Shown here piece after piece: positions 8,121 to 17,951 of a stretch of DNA of 64,000 nucleotides (position 1 is its first letter; the number at the start of each line of letters is the position of its first letter). The DNA lies in NCBI GenBank assembly GCA_964509365.1, contig CAZDWN010000002.1, positions 67,701-131,700 of the forward strand, given 5' to 3'. Under the pieces are notes generated by a model, which saw only the letters and a list, made by a program, of their open reading frames with translations, did not search any database and was not told where the DNA came from. The position numbers were made by a program, and so were the translations under genes. The DNA comes from an uncultured Pseudomonadales bacterium. GTDB lineage: Bacteria > Patescibacteriota > Microgenomatia > UBA1400 > UBA12028.

Positions 8121-9698
8121 TCAACTCACACGAAGGATCTTGTCCGCATTGAATGTCAGCACACGTCCAGACTCTGCCGTCGCAGACAGACCGATGAATC
8201 GCTTGCCTTCATGATGCATCTCCCCGACTTTTTGCGGAGTCACCGTCTGCGTCGACTCTTCTCCGATATTTTTGAGATACGTGATAGTGATCTGCGTCCC
8301 CATATCGATCGCATCCTCGATCCGTTGATATTTTTCTTCTCGCGATTGATACAGATTTGACTGTTTCATCGCATACGCGGTCAAGAATTGATTTACCCGC
8401 CAATTCAGCTTGATGTCATTGTGAGTGACAGGATGCGTGAGAGAGATCCCAGCCAGAGTCGTCGAGCGAGAAAGCGCCACATAGACTTGTCCGTGCGCGA
8501 ATGCACCGCGCTCCAAGTTGATCACCACGCGATCAAAAGTCTTCCCTTGCGATTTGTGGATCGTCACCGCCCATGCGAGCATGAGTGGTAGCTGCGTAAA
8601 CTCTCCGAGCTTTTCTTTTTCAAGTTCTTGTTTTTCAGAGAGGACCGTGTGCGTGAGTTCCCACGTATGTGGATCAATTTCTTCCAGACCTCCGTCATCA
8701 ATTTTCACAACGACACTTTTTTCTTTCAGCTTGCGGATGGTCCCGAGGGTGCCATTGACATATCTGCCCTCCGGGTCATTTGCGACGAACATGACGCGCG
8801 CTCCGACTTTGAGAATGAGTTGATTGATGGTCGGCAGATGCCCATCGGGAAATGTCCCGCTGTGCGTCCCATCATAGATATGCTCCTTGGTCTTGAGTCG
8901 AGCCAAATGCTCTTGATTTATCTCCGCAGCCGTATCGCGTCTTCCTGTGAGAGTAATGGGTGGCAGCGACTCTTCGATCTCACTTGACGATCTGACTCGC
9001 TCGTTCAGTTGCAAGAGGTGTTCATCCGTCGCAGTCTTCATCCGGATCGCAGCCAAAAGATCGATAAACTCTTGATCTTGTTGGCGATAGATCGTGGTCA
9101 GCTCAATGAGCTCGAGGCTCTCAGTCTCACTATTGAGGATGCCTTGGATCACCTGTGAATCAAAGAACCACTCGCTCGGATACAAGGTACGAAAGGTCAA
9201 ATACTCGCGACTCGTGACGACTGGAGGTAATTGGTACAGATCTCCAAAAAAGATCATGCGCACGCCGCCAAAGGATCGATCATCATCTCGAATAACTCGC
9301 AAAAAGGTATCGACACAATCCAAGAGATCCGATCGGACCATCGAAATCTCATCGATGATAATCATCTCAAGTTTGCGATACAGCTCTCGATCTTCCGTAA
9401 AGTGTGCGTCACTTCGCGCTTCTTTTTTGGTGACATTGGGAGCAAATTTAAAAAACGAATGAATTGTCTCACCACCGATATGCACAGCTGCCACGCCAGT
9501 CGGAGCGAGGATGACCAACGGGATTTTCGTATGAAGCCTGAAATGTTGAAGCAATGTCGACTTCCCTGTCCCCGCTTTGCCGGTGATAAAGAGATGACCA
9601 GAGCCGTTTTCAAGTTTGTCGATGATCGCTTCAAATTGTGGGGAGATAGTGATACCAGGCATCTTCCGATGATAGCGTATTTTGTGTGCTATATTCAC
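8121..9698 (-). CDS. PIF1/RecD-family SF1 DNA helicase
   Basis: Walker A GKAGTGKST, DEISMV (Walker B), motif VI-like region WAVTIHKSQGKTFDRVVI, plus a C-terminal ~90-aa extension. 525 aa. Confidence 0.75.
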   Translation of the reverse strand: MNIAHKIRYHRKMPGITISPQFEAIIDKLENGSGHLFITGKAGTGKSTLLQHFRLHTKIPLVILAPTGVAAVHIGGETIHSFFKFAPNVTKKEARSDAHFTEDRELYRKLEMIIIDEISMVRSDLLDCVDTFLRVIRDDDRSFGGVRMIFFGDLYQLPPVVTSREYLTFRTLYPSEWFFDSQVIQGILNSETESLELIELTTIYRQQDQEFIDLLAAIRMKTATDEHLLQLNERVRSSSEIEESLPPITLTGRRDTAAEINQEHLARLKTKEHIYDGTHSGTFPDGHLPTINQLILKVGARVMFVANDPEGRYVNGTLGTIRKLKEKSVVVKIDDGGLEEIDPHTWELTHTVLSEKQELEKEKLGEFTQLPLMLAWAVTIHKSQGKTFDRVVINLERGAFAHGQVYVALSRSTTLAGISLTHPVTHNDIKLNWRVNQFLTAYAMKQSNLYQSREEKYQRIEDAIDMGTQITITYLKNIGEESTQTVTPQKVGEMHHEGKRFIGLSATAESGRVLTFNADKILRVS

Positions 9699-9704
9699 GC
9701 CAAT

Positions 9705-10061
9705 ATGACCATCTATACAAAGCCAGGCAATTTATTTGGAATGATCAATGGAAAAGAATTAGCACTCACTTCGGGAGATCAGCTCGTCTTGGAGTACACG
9801 TCGACTCCTGGTGAAGTAGTCAGAGCCTGGCAACAGACCCTGACCGTGCTCGGTGAGAATAAGGTCGAATATTCTGAAGTGCCAGTGAAGTGGGACTCTG
9901 ACGGCAAGATCTATTCGGATTATAAAAGTCGAAAAAATACTCGCATATTCACTGGCGAAGAGATCAATGAGATGCGATTTATCACTTCTGCTGATCTTCT
10001 CTTTCGTATGTGGCATCTGTATTGGCGAGCGACAATCGCTCCAGTCGTTGAGCGGATGTGA
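9705..10061 (+). CDS. hypothetical protein (118 aa)
   Basis: Only the 3' 118 codons of ORF 9231..10061 are free of the helicase on the opposite strand. First ATG in the non-overlapping part is at 9705 (MTIYTKPGN...). Confidence 0.3.
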   Translation: MTIYTKPGNLFGMINGKELALTSGDQLVLEYTSTPGEVVRAWQQTLTVLGENKVEYSEVPVKWDSDGKIYSDYKSRKNTRIFTGEEINEMRFITSADLLFRMWHLYWRATIAPVVERM

Positions 10062-10166
10062 AAATGCCCCAGCTTGTGACTGGGGCATTGAGTAGTGTAT
10101 AGGATCAGCATCCCTATACAAAAAATATGGTTAAAAAAGGGCCACCTTTCATACTCGACTCCCTCC

Positions 10167-10508
10167 TCATGAAAAGAAGTGAATTGTGAGCCACGCCGAA
10201 ACAGTTGCGGCAAAATACACTTTCGCTGCCACTGACTCACCGTAGAAGCCATAGCTGATGGTCAGCCATAGCAGCACGAGTGCCACTACAAACACAAGTG
10301 CAAGATATGCCAGGTAGACGCTCGCAGTCGAGCGAAGTGATCCTGGCACGACGTTGCTGAACGCATGGAAGTTCATCCATGCGATCAGCCCAATGATCAG
10401 AGGGAAGAACGCAGCATCTCCTCTCGCCATGTGGATCTCCGCGTTGTGTGAAGCGCCGATAGCGCCCACAAATAGCAGGAGGATACCTATCACATATTGT
10501 TGGCGCAT
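10167..10508 (-). CDS. small membrane protein
   Basis: ORF 10167..10547. Internal start MRQQYVIGILLLFVGAIG at 10508 would overlap the upstream gene's stop (ATGA-type coupling). 3-4 TM helices. Confidence 0.3.
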   Translation of the reverse strand: MRQQYVIGILLLFVGAIGASHNAEIHMARGDAAFFPLIIGLIAWMNFHAFSNVVPGSLRSTASVYLAYLALVFVVALVLLWLTISYGFYGESVAAKVYFAATVSAWLTIHFFS

Positions 10509-10894
10509 CAGTCGCTCTCCCCAATCACCTGGAATGTGATAGCCCAAGTGATCACCAATAAAAAACCGTGTATGAGATACACCAACAGTTTCTCAGGCGC
10601 ATAGGTACGTACCGCTGAGATGAAAATCGGCAACAAACCGTTGAGGACCGACAGGACAACATACACTCCAATTTTTGCAAACGGTTTCTTCTCTTCTGGA
10701 GTGATGTGTTTTTTTGCCCAAAGATGAGCCTGGCCAGTGATAGTTGCTGCGATCAATACAAGCAGTGTGAGAAGTGCACTGCCTAGCGGAGTCAACCCCA
10801 AGAGGGGTGAAACCAACATCTGGTAGGTAAGAACTGCCACCGTACCAATAATCACATACACAATATACTTTTGGCTGTATCCGTTACTCTTCAT
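10508..10894 (-). CDS. small membrane protein
   Basis: 128 aa, 4 predicted TM helices. Tandem with two other small membrane-protein genes on the same strand. Confidence 0.35.
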   Translation of the reverse strand: MKSNGYSQKYIVYVIIGTVAVLTYQMLVSPLLGLTPLGSALLTLLVLIAATITGQAHLWAKKHITPEEKKPFAKIGVYVVLSVLNGLLPIFISAVRTYAPEKLLVYLIHGFLLVITWAITFQVIGESD

Positions 10895-10896
10895 GA

Positions 10897-11223
10897 CTAC
10901 GCCTCCTTAAAATAGAAGTTGAACCAGAAGCAGATCACTGTCAGCATCCACAACATGGTGAAGTAGAGCCTCCAGGAATGTTCAGATACGATTAGCATTG
11001 CCATCCCGAGTACGAAGAGCAGTCCGACCCAGGCCAGTCCCGATTTTCCGAGTATAGGAAGTGGCCGAGCCGCAATCTCCTTCTGGCAAATTGCATTGAG
11101 CCGAAACACTGCGAGCGCGAGTGCTCCTGAGAGCACACCGGCCAAAATCCAAGAAATCCCTGACGGCGCCAAGATGGCACCGAGGGCCGCAAAGAAACAC
11201 ACTACGCCATTCTGAATCTTCAT
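10897..11223 (-). CDS. small membrane protein
   Basis: 108 aa, 3 TM helices. First of three tightly packed small membrane-protein genes. Confidence 0.35.
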   Translation of the reverse strand: MKIQNGVVCFFAALGAILAPSGISWILAGVLSGALALAVFRLNAICQKEIAARPLPILGKSGLAWVGLLFVLGMAMLIVSEHSWRLYFTMLWMLTVICFWFNFYFKEA

Positions 11224-11337
11224 GAGTGAATCCTTTTTAACTTACGCTGAAATGAGCAAGTCTGGCCGAAACACCAGAAATCGCTCCCGACGCTTTGTCA
11301 GGAACTCGACAATTATACCCTATAAGTGGAATAAAGA

Positions 11338-11973
11338 TTAGCTATGGGATAGTGTGGGAAGTAGCAGGCACGAAGAGACGAGGCCAAGCGCAAGAAAGAT
11401 CCCCCCGAGGACATCAGTCGTCCAGTGTTTCCCCAAGAGCACCAGTCCAGTCATCACGAGTGTGGCGGACGCAAAGGAGAGCGCCGAGAGCGCGAGATGG
11501 AGTGTAGTCCTGATTTTGGCGACGAGTGCGGTGCCAGCGACGACGGCAAACAAATACATCACTCTGAAGGTATGTCCTGATGGGTAGCTAGCATCGACTT
11601 GCACATGTGAGGAAGGAAACATAAAGCCAGTGGTCCCTCGTTGCAATAAAAATGGCGGAGCTGGTTGCGGTAAGAAATTTTTCCCAAGCAATGTGACGAT
11701 CAATCCCACTACATATGCCCCGCCCAGGAAAAGCTTTGTCTTCTTGGAGATTGGTGCCAAGAGGATCGCTGCGATGATGAGAATGGTCTGGATTTCCATG
11801 CTCCCAAAGTCGACGATCGTGACAAATTTGTTGTCAAAGCGTGGAGAGACTTTGTCTTGCAGTTTGACCGTGAGCGCAAAATCGGTTGATCGCAAGTGAT
11901 CTTTGATCACAAAACCCGTGAGGATCAAAAATGCGATGGTGGAAGCGATCCAAGTCGCTTGGATATATTTCAT
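11338..11973 (-). CDS. PAP2-superfamily (phosphatidic acid phosphatase type 2 / undecaprenyl-PP phosphatase-like) membrane protein
   Basis: PSGH motif (SYPSGHTFRVMY) and downstream H...D motif (LLGKHWTTDVLGG). 6 TM helices. 211 aa. Confidence 0.55.
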   Translation of the reverse strand: MKYIQATWIASTIAFLILTGFVIKDHLRSTDFALTVKLQDKVSPRFDNKFVTIVDFGSMEIQTILIIAAILLAPISKKTKLFLGGAYVVGLIVTLLGKNFLPQPAPPFLLQRGTTGFMFPSSHVQVDASYPSGHTFRVMYLFAVVAGTALVAKIRTTLHLALSALSFASATLVMTGLVLLGKHWTTDVLGGIFLALGLVSSCLLLPTLSHS

Positions 11974-12023
11974 GAGCGTTCTATTGTACTAAATCCTGAG
12001 TGTCTAGGATACAATAGTATGTC

Positions 12024-12464
12024 ATGTCAGTCTCTCGCGTATTTGATGAGATCTCCGACGCGATCACTCGCGCGATGGGATCTACCATCTCGATCATCCT
12101 CCACACGACGCTCTTTATCTGCATTTTTATGCCGGTCCTGTTTGGGTGGTCGATGGATAAGATCTTACTCGTACTGACGACGGCTGTATCGCTGGAAGCG
12201 ATCTACATGTCCATTTTTATTCAGCGATCCGTAAACAAGCAATCTGCTCGTCTTGATGAAGTGGTCGAGGAGATCAGACAGACAGTCAAAGAAACTCACC
12301 AAGCGGTGATCAAAGTGATCGCACAAGAGACTGATGATGTCGTCCGCGAGATCTCAGAACACGTCACCGAGGAAACCGACGAACTTGCGCAAGAGATTAG
12401 CGAGCACGTCACTGAGGAAAATGATGAGTTGGTGGACGAGCTCAAACATAGTAAATCACGGTGA
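12024..12464 (+). CDS. DUF1003-like small membrane protein with an acidic coiled-coil tail
   Basis: Two TM helices followed by IQRSVNKQSARLDE (resembles the DUF1003 SQNRQ..DR core), then a duplicated EISEHVTEE(T/N)DEL motif. Confidence 0.35.
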   Translation: MSVSRVFDEISDAITRAMGSTISIILHTTLFICIFMPVLFGWSMDKILLVLTTAVSLEAIYMSIFIQRSVNKQSARLDEVVEEIRQTVKETHQAVIKVIAQETDDVVREISEHVTEETDELAQEISEHVTEENDELVDELKHSKSR

Positions 12465-12518
12465 GATTGATCACAATCAATCAGCAAAAAATCAGAATTC
12501 GCATGATATAGTTGGTGT

Positions 12519-13949
12519 ATGTCCAACGCATTTTCCTTTTTCCTCTTTGGTGTCACAGGCAACTTAGCGCAGATCAAAGTCATCCCGGCGATTTATGATC
12601 TCTTTGAAGCTGGCAAGATCCCTGCTGGAAGTAAGATTATCGGTGTCGCCCGAAAAGAGATGAGCCAGCCAGAGTTTGAAGCATACATCTGGGATATCTT
12701 AAAACTTCCCAATCGACATCACACACATCCGATCAAAGAAGAAGTGTGGCAGGAGATGCGTTCATCACTCTCCTATATGAGCGGCGATTTTGGCGATGCC
12801 AAGCTGTATGCCGATATCTCCACACGCTTGATCGATGAAGGTATCGCCAACAAGATCTTTTATCTCGCGACGTATCCACAGCTCTATGAAACTATTTTTG
12901 AAAATATTCAAAAAGCAGAACTCAATCTAGAGCGTATCGGCTTTACTCGTCTGATGCTGGAAAAACCAATTGGGACGGACTTGGAGTCCGCAAAAAAACT
13001 CAATGTGCAAGTCGCGAAGTTTTTCCAGGAGACGCAAGTCTTCCGCCTCGATCACTATCTTGGAAAAGACACGCTTCAAAATATTTTGACGTTTCGTTTC
13101 GGCAATGGTTTGCTGGAGCATTTATTTAATAAAGAATTTGTTGATCACATTCAGATCACGGCGACAGAAAATTATGGCATCGGCAGACGCGGCGTGTACT
13201 TTGATAGTGTCGGCATGCTTAAAGATGTCGGTCAAAATCATAGTCTGCAGATGCTCACTGCCGTGACCATGGATGCGCCGAGTGAGTTTAGTAATGAAGC
13301 AGTGACGAGAGAGCGTGTCCGCATACTCGAGCGATTGGTCCCTGAGACAGACAAAGTCGTCTTTGGGCAGTACGAAGGCTACACCAGTGATGAGTTTGTT
13401 TCGCCTGAATCTGTGCAAGATACATTTTTTGCATTACGCACTCATATCGACAATGAGCGATGGAATGGTGTCCCGATCTACATTCGTGCAGGGAAAAATC
13501 TCAAAGACACGTTTACGGAGATCTCTATAGTGTTTAAGAATCCAGTGAATCGACTGTTCAAACATTTAGATGCAGGCAATGAGCCAAATATTTTGACGTT
13601 TCGCATCCAACCAAACGAAGGGATCGTCTTGCGCTTCTTATCGAAAGAGCCTGGACACGATCTCAAACTCGAGCGCCAATCGATGCAGTTTTGTTACAAA
13701 CGCCGCGGTGGAGATCTTCCCGATGCATATGAGCGTTTGATCGCAGACGTCATCAGTGGCGATCAAACATTTTTCAATGAAGCGGTGGAAGTCGAGCATC
13801 AATGGGCGTTTACCGATGTGCTCTCGGCTGTCCGTCGCGCACCTACTCCCTACGAAAAACATACTTGGGGACCATTGGAAGCACTAGAACTTCTCAAAGC
13901 TGACGGTCGCGATTGGCTCGAGCCATCATTAGATGTCTGCCCTATTTGA
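12519..13949 (+). CDS. zwf: glucose-6-phosphate 1-dehydrogenase
   Basis: N-terminal dinucleotide-binding FGVTGNLAQIKVIPAIYDL and the G6PD active-site motif RLDHYLGKD. 476 aa. Confidence 0.9.
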   Translation: MSNAFSFFLFGVTGNLAQIKVIPAIYDLFEAGKIPAGSKIIGVARKEMSQPEFEAYIWDILKLPNRHHTHPIKEEVWQEMRSSLSYMSGDFGDAKLYADISTRLIDEGIANKIFYLATYPQLYETIFENIQKAELNLERIGFTRLMLEKPIGTDLESAKKLNVQVAKFFQETQVFRLDHYLGKDTLQNILTFRFGNGLLEHLFNKEFVDHIQITATENYGIGRRGVYFDSVGMLKDVGQNHSLQMLTAVTMDAPSEFSNEAVTRERVRILERLVPETDKVVFGQYEGYTSDEFVSPESVQDTFFALRTHIDNERWNGVPIYIRAGKNLKDTFTEISIVFKNPVNRLFKHLDAGNEPNILTFRIQPNEGIVLRFLSKEPGHDLKLERQSMQFCYKRRGGDLPDAYERLIADVISGDQTFFNEAVEVEHQWAFTDVLSAVRRAPTPYEKHTWGPLEALELLKADGRDWLEPSLDVCPI

Positions 13950-13955
13950 AGCGTC

Positions 13956-14004
13956 ATCCTAGCCTGCCTAACGGACAAGCAGGCTTGACTAGGATCTACT
14001 TTTT
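13956..14004. terminator. candidate rho-independent, possibly bidirectional, terminator between zwf and the convergent gene
   Basis: Nested palindrome ATCCT-AGCCTGC-(11-nt loop)-GCAGGCT-tgact-AGGAT followed by TTTTT at 14000-14004. Lies between two convergent stop codons (13949 and 13996). Confidence 0.45.
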
Positions 14005-14493
14005 CGGGAGGGATTCGCAGGCTTGGCCGTCTTTGTTGCCATCGAGGCGATTGACGTCATTTTTGGTGCCACCGACTTTTTCAAAGAAGCTTTGCGCTTC
14101 TGGCTGAGTTGAGAAGTCACTACAGTTGTAGTCGTTTGCTTGTTTTCCTTTGGTCGTATCAGTGGTGATATTTCCAAGCTTATCAAAAAGAATGTTCCCA
14201 GTAGAGTCGCGAGACACTTTTGATTCTTGGACGGATCCAGTTTGGATCATTTTGCCGAGATCAAAATCAGTTTTGCCGACTTCAAGACCGAGTGCGGCAG
14301 CAAGCGCGATAAATGCCACGACAAGTGCGATGCGAGCTTTGGTCCAAAACACAAACATCACCGCGACGATCGCCATAAGGACGAGGATGACGCCGATACG
14401 TACTTTATGATTGCCCCGAAGTTCTTGGACCTTTGACACTTTTGGCTGTGTGTCTGCAGTTTTGTTTGATGCGTCAGCGTGTTCTGTGCTCAT
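13996..14493 (-). CDS. membrane-anchored protein with a C-terminal Excalibur calcium-binding domain
   Basis: C-terminus [19 protein letters not shown] matches the Excalibur DxDxDGxxCE motif. One TM helix. Start moved to MSTEHADAS (14493) to avoid overlapping the gnd 3' end. Confidence 0.45.
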   Translation of the reverse strand: MSTEHADASNKTADTQPKVSKVQELRGNHKVRIGVILVLMAIVAVMFVFWTKARIALVVAFIALAAALGLEVGKTDFDLGKMIQTGSVQESKVSRDSTGNILFDKLGNITTDTTKGKQANDYNCSDFSTQPEAQSFFEKVGGTKNDVNRLDGNKDGQACESLPKK

Positions 14494-14539
14494 AATATCC
14501 CTAAGTATAGATGAGTTGTGCGAATTTGAAAAGAGATGA

Positions 14540-15457
14540 TCACTTCGTGCTATGACCGCCGAACTGTCCACGTAATGCTGTCACCACTTTGTTTCTAAAA
14601 TTTTCAGGCTCATTTGCCGATTGTTTTCTCACAGTGAGTGACTCTTCGATAATCGGCACGCTGACACCAAATTCTTTGGCGGCATCGATCGTCCACTCTC
14701 CTTCGCCACTATGTGCGATGGTAGAGCTGATGCCAGTGAGTGTCGGGTTGTCGGTAAATGCTTGCTGAGCCCAGCCGACGAGTCGTGATTCGATCACTGA
14801 CTTGTTGTTGTAGAGAGTAAATATTTTTGCGAGATCGAAATGAAATGGAGATTTTTCAAGTACGGCTGCACCTTCTGCGATCGCTTGCATCATCCCATAT
14901 TCGATCCCATTGTGAACCATTTTGGCAAAATGCCCGGATCCTATACTTCCGCAATATTGATATGCAGTCGGAGCTGCTATATGTTCGATCAAATTTTTCA
15001 CTTCATGGAAATCTTTTTCTTCACCGCCTATAAATAGGCATGCTCCAGTTCGAGCCCCACTGGGACCTCCGGAGACTGCCACGTCCATGAATCGTATGCC
15101 CTTCGCTTGTAATTTTTCCGCTCGTCTCAGCGTGTCTTTATAGTTACTATTTGCTCCATCAATGACGAGATCTCCACTTTGAAGAAGTGGAACCAACTGA
15201 TCGATATGTTCATCAGTGACTTGCCCAGCTGGTAACATGAGCCAAACTATTGTTGAGGGTTGAGAGTCGAGAGTGGAGAGTTCTCTTGTACGAGTTACGA
15301 GATCTTCAATTGATGTTGCACCTGTTGCACCAGTAGTCACGACTTCAGCCACTGGTTCTGGGGACCGATTGTAGGCGACGACCTGTTCGCCTTGCTCCAA
15401 GAGATGAAGCACCATGTTTTTACCCATTTTCCCAAGACCGATGTAGCCAATAGTCAT
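14540..15457 (-). CDS. gnd: 6-phosphogluconate dehydrogenase (decarboxylating), short ~300-aa form
   Basis: N-terminal Rossmann motif [17 protein letters not shown] and a 6PGDH-like C-terminal domain. Start taken at MTIGYIG (15457). Confidence 0.8.
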   Translation of the reverse strand: MTIGYIGLGKMGKNMVLHLLEQGEQVVAYNRSPEPVAEVVTTGATGATSIEDLVTRTRELSTLDSQPSTIVWLMLPAGQVTDEHIDQLVPLLQSGDLVIDGANSNYKDTLRRAEKLQAKGIRFMDVAVSGGPSGARTGACLFIGGEEKDFHEVKNLIEHIAAPTAYQYCGSIGSGHFAKMVHNGIEYGMMQAIAEGAAVLEKSPFHFDLAKIFTLYNNKSVIESRLVGWAQQAFTDNPTLTGISSTIAHSGEGEWTIDAAKEFGVSVPIIEESLTVRKQSANEPENFRNKVVTALRGQFGGHSTK

Positions 15458-15523
15458 AGGCCACCAGAATATCATGCTGTATCTGGAATTGAAAGATTCT
15501 CATACGCGTTTCTTATTCTATTC

Positions 15524-15919
15524 ATGTCATCCATTACTACTTCATCATTCATACTACTGTCTATGAAAGATATCGAAGAACATCTCAAACTCGCCCGTGC
15601 ACTCTCCAAACTCTTAGACTCCCAGTTTTCCATATTTGGATTTCATTTTGGATTGGACCCAGTTTTTGATCTGATCCCTGCCATCGGGACGCTCGTCCCT
15701 ACATTTTTATCGCTCTATGTTGTTTGGATCGGTTATACCTGCGGTTTGCCACGCATCCTCATCGCTCGCATGATCTTCAATTGTCTCGTCGATGGCACGA
15801 TCGGCTCCGTGCCCATCATCGGGACGATCGCCGATGCCGTCTTCAAAGCGAATGAAAAAAATATGAAAATCATTGATACGTATCGCGACCATCACCCAAT
15901 CATTCTTCACACACGCTAA
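15524..15919 (+). CDS. DUF4112-like membrane protein
   Basis: GLDPVFDLIPAIG...GLPRILIARMIFNCLVDGTIGSVPIIGTIADAVFKAN pattern. Start uncertain (15524 or 15563). The longer ORF from 15392 overlaps the divergent gnd start. Confidence 0.4.
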   Translation: MSSITTSSFILLSMKDIEEHLKLARALSKLLDSQFSIFGFHFGLDPVFDLIPAIGTLVPTFLSLYVVWIGYTCGLPRILIARMIFNCLVDGTIGSVPIIGTIADAVFKANEKNMKIIDTYRDHHPIILHTR

Positions 15920-16004
15920 GTTTGTGCGCGAGATCACAAAAGAGTAGTCAATCCATCTTTTTCATCTTGACAACGATGAGCTTCCTAGAGTGTAATAAAA
16001 CTCT

Positions 16005-16913
16005 ATGGATACATCTGTACATCAAATCAAACCCCACGATGAAGACTGCAAGGGACCAAACTGTGGACAATGTCTCAAAGGTGGGATGCCGATGCGCAAA
16101 GACGCCCTCTCATTGCTCCTGGTACTGTTTATCGTCATGACGACAATCATGGGAGTCCTGTATATCAATGCCAAACGTGAACTCAAAGCTGGAGCTCGCA
16201 CTCAAGGAGGAACTGTGAGTGAACAACCCAAGACCGCGACAACTTATCCTACCGCTGCAGCTCGCACGTTTACGAGCGTGATACCGCTGCCAAAGCCAAT
16301 CGTCGATGGAAAGTTCTCGCTGGATAGAGCCATCGCAACTCGTCGTTCGCGCCGAGAATTCTCGGCCGCTCCAGTCACACTTTCGCAGATCTCGCAAATG
16401 GCATGGAGTGGCCAGGGGCAAACCGACCCCACCGGGAAGCGCACTGCTCCGTCAGCTCGTGAGTCCTACAGCATGACGATCTTTGTGTTTGTCAAACAAG
16501 CCCAAGGGATCGAACCTGGCATCTACGAATATCTCCCAGCGACTCACTCGCTTGGTGCGCTTGCCCCAATCGATGTAACGAGCGCGATGACCACCGCTGG
16601 AGTTCAGGAAGGAGCTGTCAATGCACCGGTCGTCTTTTTGATCGCTTCTGATTTTGGAGTGTATCAAACCAAAACTAAGTCCTCAGAAGTGACGCCTACC
16701 TATATGGAAGCAGGACACATCGGACAAAACATGTATCTTGAAGCCGAAAGCCTTGGGATGGCGACGGTCACCATGGCCGGTTTTGATAGTGCGAAAGTAA
16801 CCACTGCAGTGAACTTAGATCCAGCATTCAAGATTGAGTATTTAATGCCATTTGGTCATCGCGCTGATGCCGCCCTAGACGAAGAGGCGAAAGAAGTCCT
16901 CGGGAAAGAATAA
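16005..16913 (+). CDS. SagB/ThcOx-type nitroreductase-family protein, membrane-anchored
   Basis: LDRAIATRRSRREFSAAPVTLSQISQMAWSGQGQTD is a typical nitroreductase/SagB N-terminal motif. N-terminal TM segment. True start may be the internal Met (MRKDALS). Confidence 0.55.
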   Translation: MDTSVHQIKPHDEDCKGPNCGQCLKGGMPMRKDALSLLLVLFIVMTTIMGVLYINAKRELKAGARTQGGTVSEQPKTATTYPTAAARTFTSVIPLPKPIVDGKFSLDRAIATRRSRREFSAAPVTLSQISQMAWSGQGQTDPTGKRTAPSARESYSMTIFVFVKQAQGIEPGIYEYLPATHSLGALAPIDVTSAMTTAGVQEGAVNAPVVFLIASDFGVYQTKTKSSEVTPTYMEAGHIGQNMYLEAESLGMATVTMAGFDSAKVTTAVNLDPAFKIEYLMPFGHRADAALDEEAKEVLGKE

Positions 16914-16916
16914 CTA

Positions 16917-17573
16917 ATGAAACGCACATTCACGGTCATTATTGCAGTCCTCCTTTGTACCGTGGTGAGTGTGTGCGGTGCGACGAGCATCCATGCGCAA
17001 GACAAAGTATTTAGTGTCAGTGAGCTTGCGGCCAATGATGGTCTTGATGGGCACAGTGCGCTCTTTGCGTACAACGGCAAGGTCTATGACGTGACCGGTA
17101 GCAAATCCTGGAAACTTGGAGTCCATTTTGGCTTACACGCAGGGATGGATCTGACTGGCATGATGGCAAAAGCTCCGCATGGGGAAGAAGTCTTGGCTCG
17201 TTTCCCTGTCGTCGGTACATTTGCGTCCACAAATGCGCCTGCACTCACGGTGAGTACTGCCTCCGCGACAGCAAATGAACGATCTTGGTATGACGCACCG
17301 ATCCGGATTCTGGGTATCTCGATTCTCGGATGGACGGGAATCTTGCTCGGCATCACTTTTCTTCTCAATTTTGCGACCTGTTTTGCGCTCCCTTGGTCAA
17401 AATTTGATCTCCCCTGGACTGGGACTCGACCAGGTGCAGATGCGCTTGATTCCAGTGGCATCCACATGAAGTGGACGATGCTTCACAAATATTTTGCTTG
17501 GGCCACGCTTATACTTGGTGTGATACATGGCATCCTTGGCTTCTTGCAAGTCTTTGTAAAAATGTATCTCTAG
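16917..17573 (+). CDS. cytochrome b5-like heme/steroid-binding domain membrane protein
   Basis: Signal peptide then VFSVSELAANDGLDGHSALFAYNGKVYDVTGSKSWKLGVHFGLHAGMDLT (cyt-b5-like fold pattern). C-terminal TM helices. Confidence 0.45.
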   Translation: MKRTFTVIIAVLLCTVVSVCGATSIHAQDKVFSVSELAANDGLDGHSALFAYNGKVYDVTGSKSWKLGVHFGLHAGMDLTGMMAKAPHGEEVLARFPVVGTFASTNAPALTVSTASATANERSWYDAPIRILGISILGWTGILLGITFLLNFATCFALPWSKFDLPWTGTRPGADALDSSGIHMKWTMLHKYFAWATLILGVIHGILGFLQVFVKMYL

Positions 17574-17588
17574 TTGTACACTTGATTC

Positions 17589-17951
17589 ATGAAAACGATA
17601 CTCATCATTGAAGATGATCATTTTTTGGCGGATGCGTACAAGATCGCGTTTGACGAGCAAAAACATACGATCGCGCAAGCGTTTGATGGCGAAGAAGGCT
17701 TGAAACAAATCAAAGCGCTGCATCCCGCCGTCGTGATCTTGGATCTCATGCTCCCGATCAAAGATGGATTTAGTGTCCTCGAAGATATCAGAAAAGATCA
17801 TGCATTTGATGACGTTTCGATCATTATCGCCAGTAATCTAGGTCAACAATCAGAGATTGATAGAGGGAAGAACCTCGGTGCCAATGATTTTATCGTCAAG
17901 TCGCAAACCTCGATCGAAGATGTGATCAAAAAAGTGGAGTCATTCCTGTAA
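17589..17951 (+). CDS. single-domain response regulator (receiver only)
   Basis: MKTILIIEDD...ILDLMLP. CheY-like, 120 aa, no output domain. Confidence 0.8.
   Translation: MKTILIIEDDHFLADAYKIAFDEQKHTIAQAFDGEEGLKQIKALHPAVVILDLMLPIKDGFSVLEDIRKDHAFDDVSIIIASNLGQQSEIDRGKNLGANDFIVKSQTSIEDVIKKVESFL

Noticed and set aside
9231-9704. 5' 158 codons of the plus-strand ORF 9231..10061
   Set aside because: This part overlaps the PIF1 helicase gene, which has clear motifs, on the opposite strand. Only the non-overlapping 3' part (from ATG 9705) is kept, at low confidence.
11224-11337. 114-bp intergenic region and other short gaps examined for tRNA or small RNA genes
   Set aside because: No cloverleaf-compatible sequence was recognisable by eye (no GTTCGAATC or T-loop-like element). 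tRNAscan or Infernal would be needed to exclude ncRNAs properly.
14540-15475. Longer gnd start at 15475 ([11 protein letters not shown]…)
   Set aside because: The Rossmann GxGxxG begins 3 residues after the internal Met ([12 protein letters not shown]), typical for 6PGDH N-termini. The upstream extension would also overlap the divergent gene.
16005-16913. SagB-type dehydrogenase as part of a thiazole/oxazole-modified peptide (TOMM) cluster
   Set aside because: No YcaO cyclodehydratase, no docking-scaffold protein and no short precursor ORF are nearby. It is more likely a stand-alone nitroreductase-family enzyme next to a cytochrome b5-like protein.
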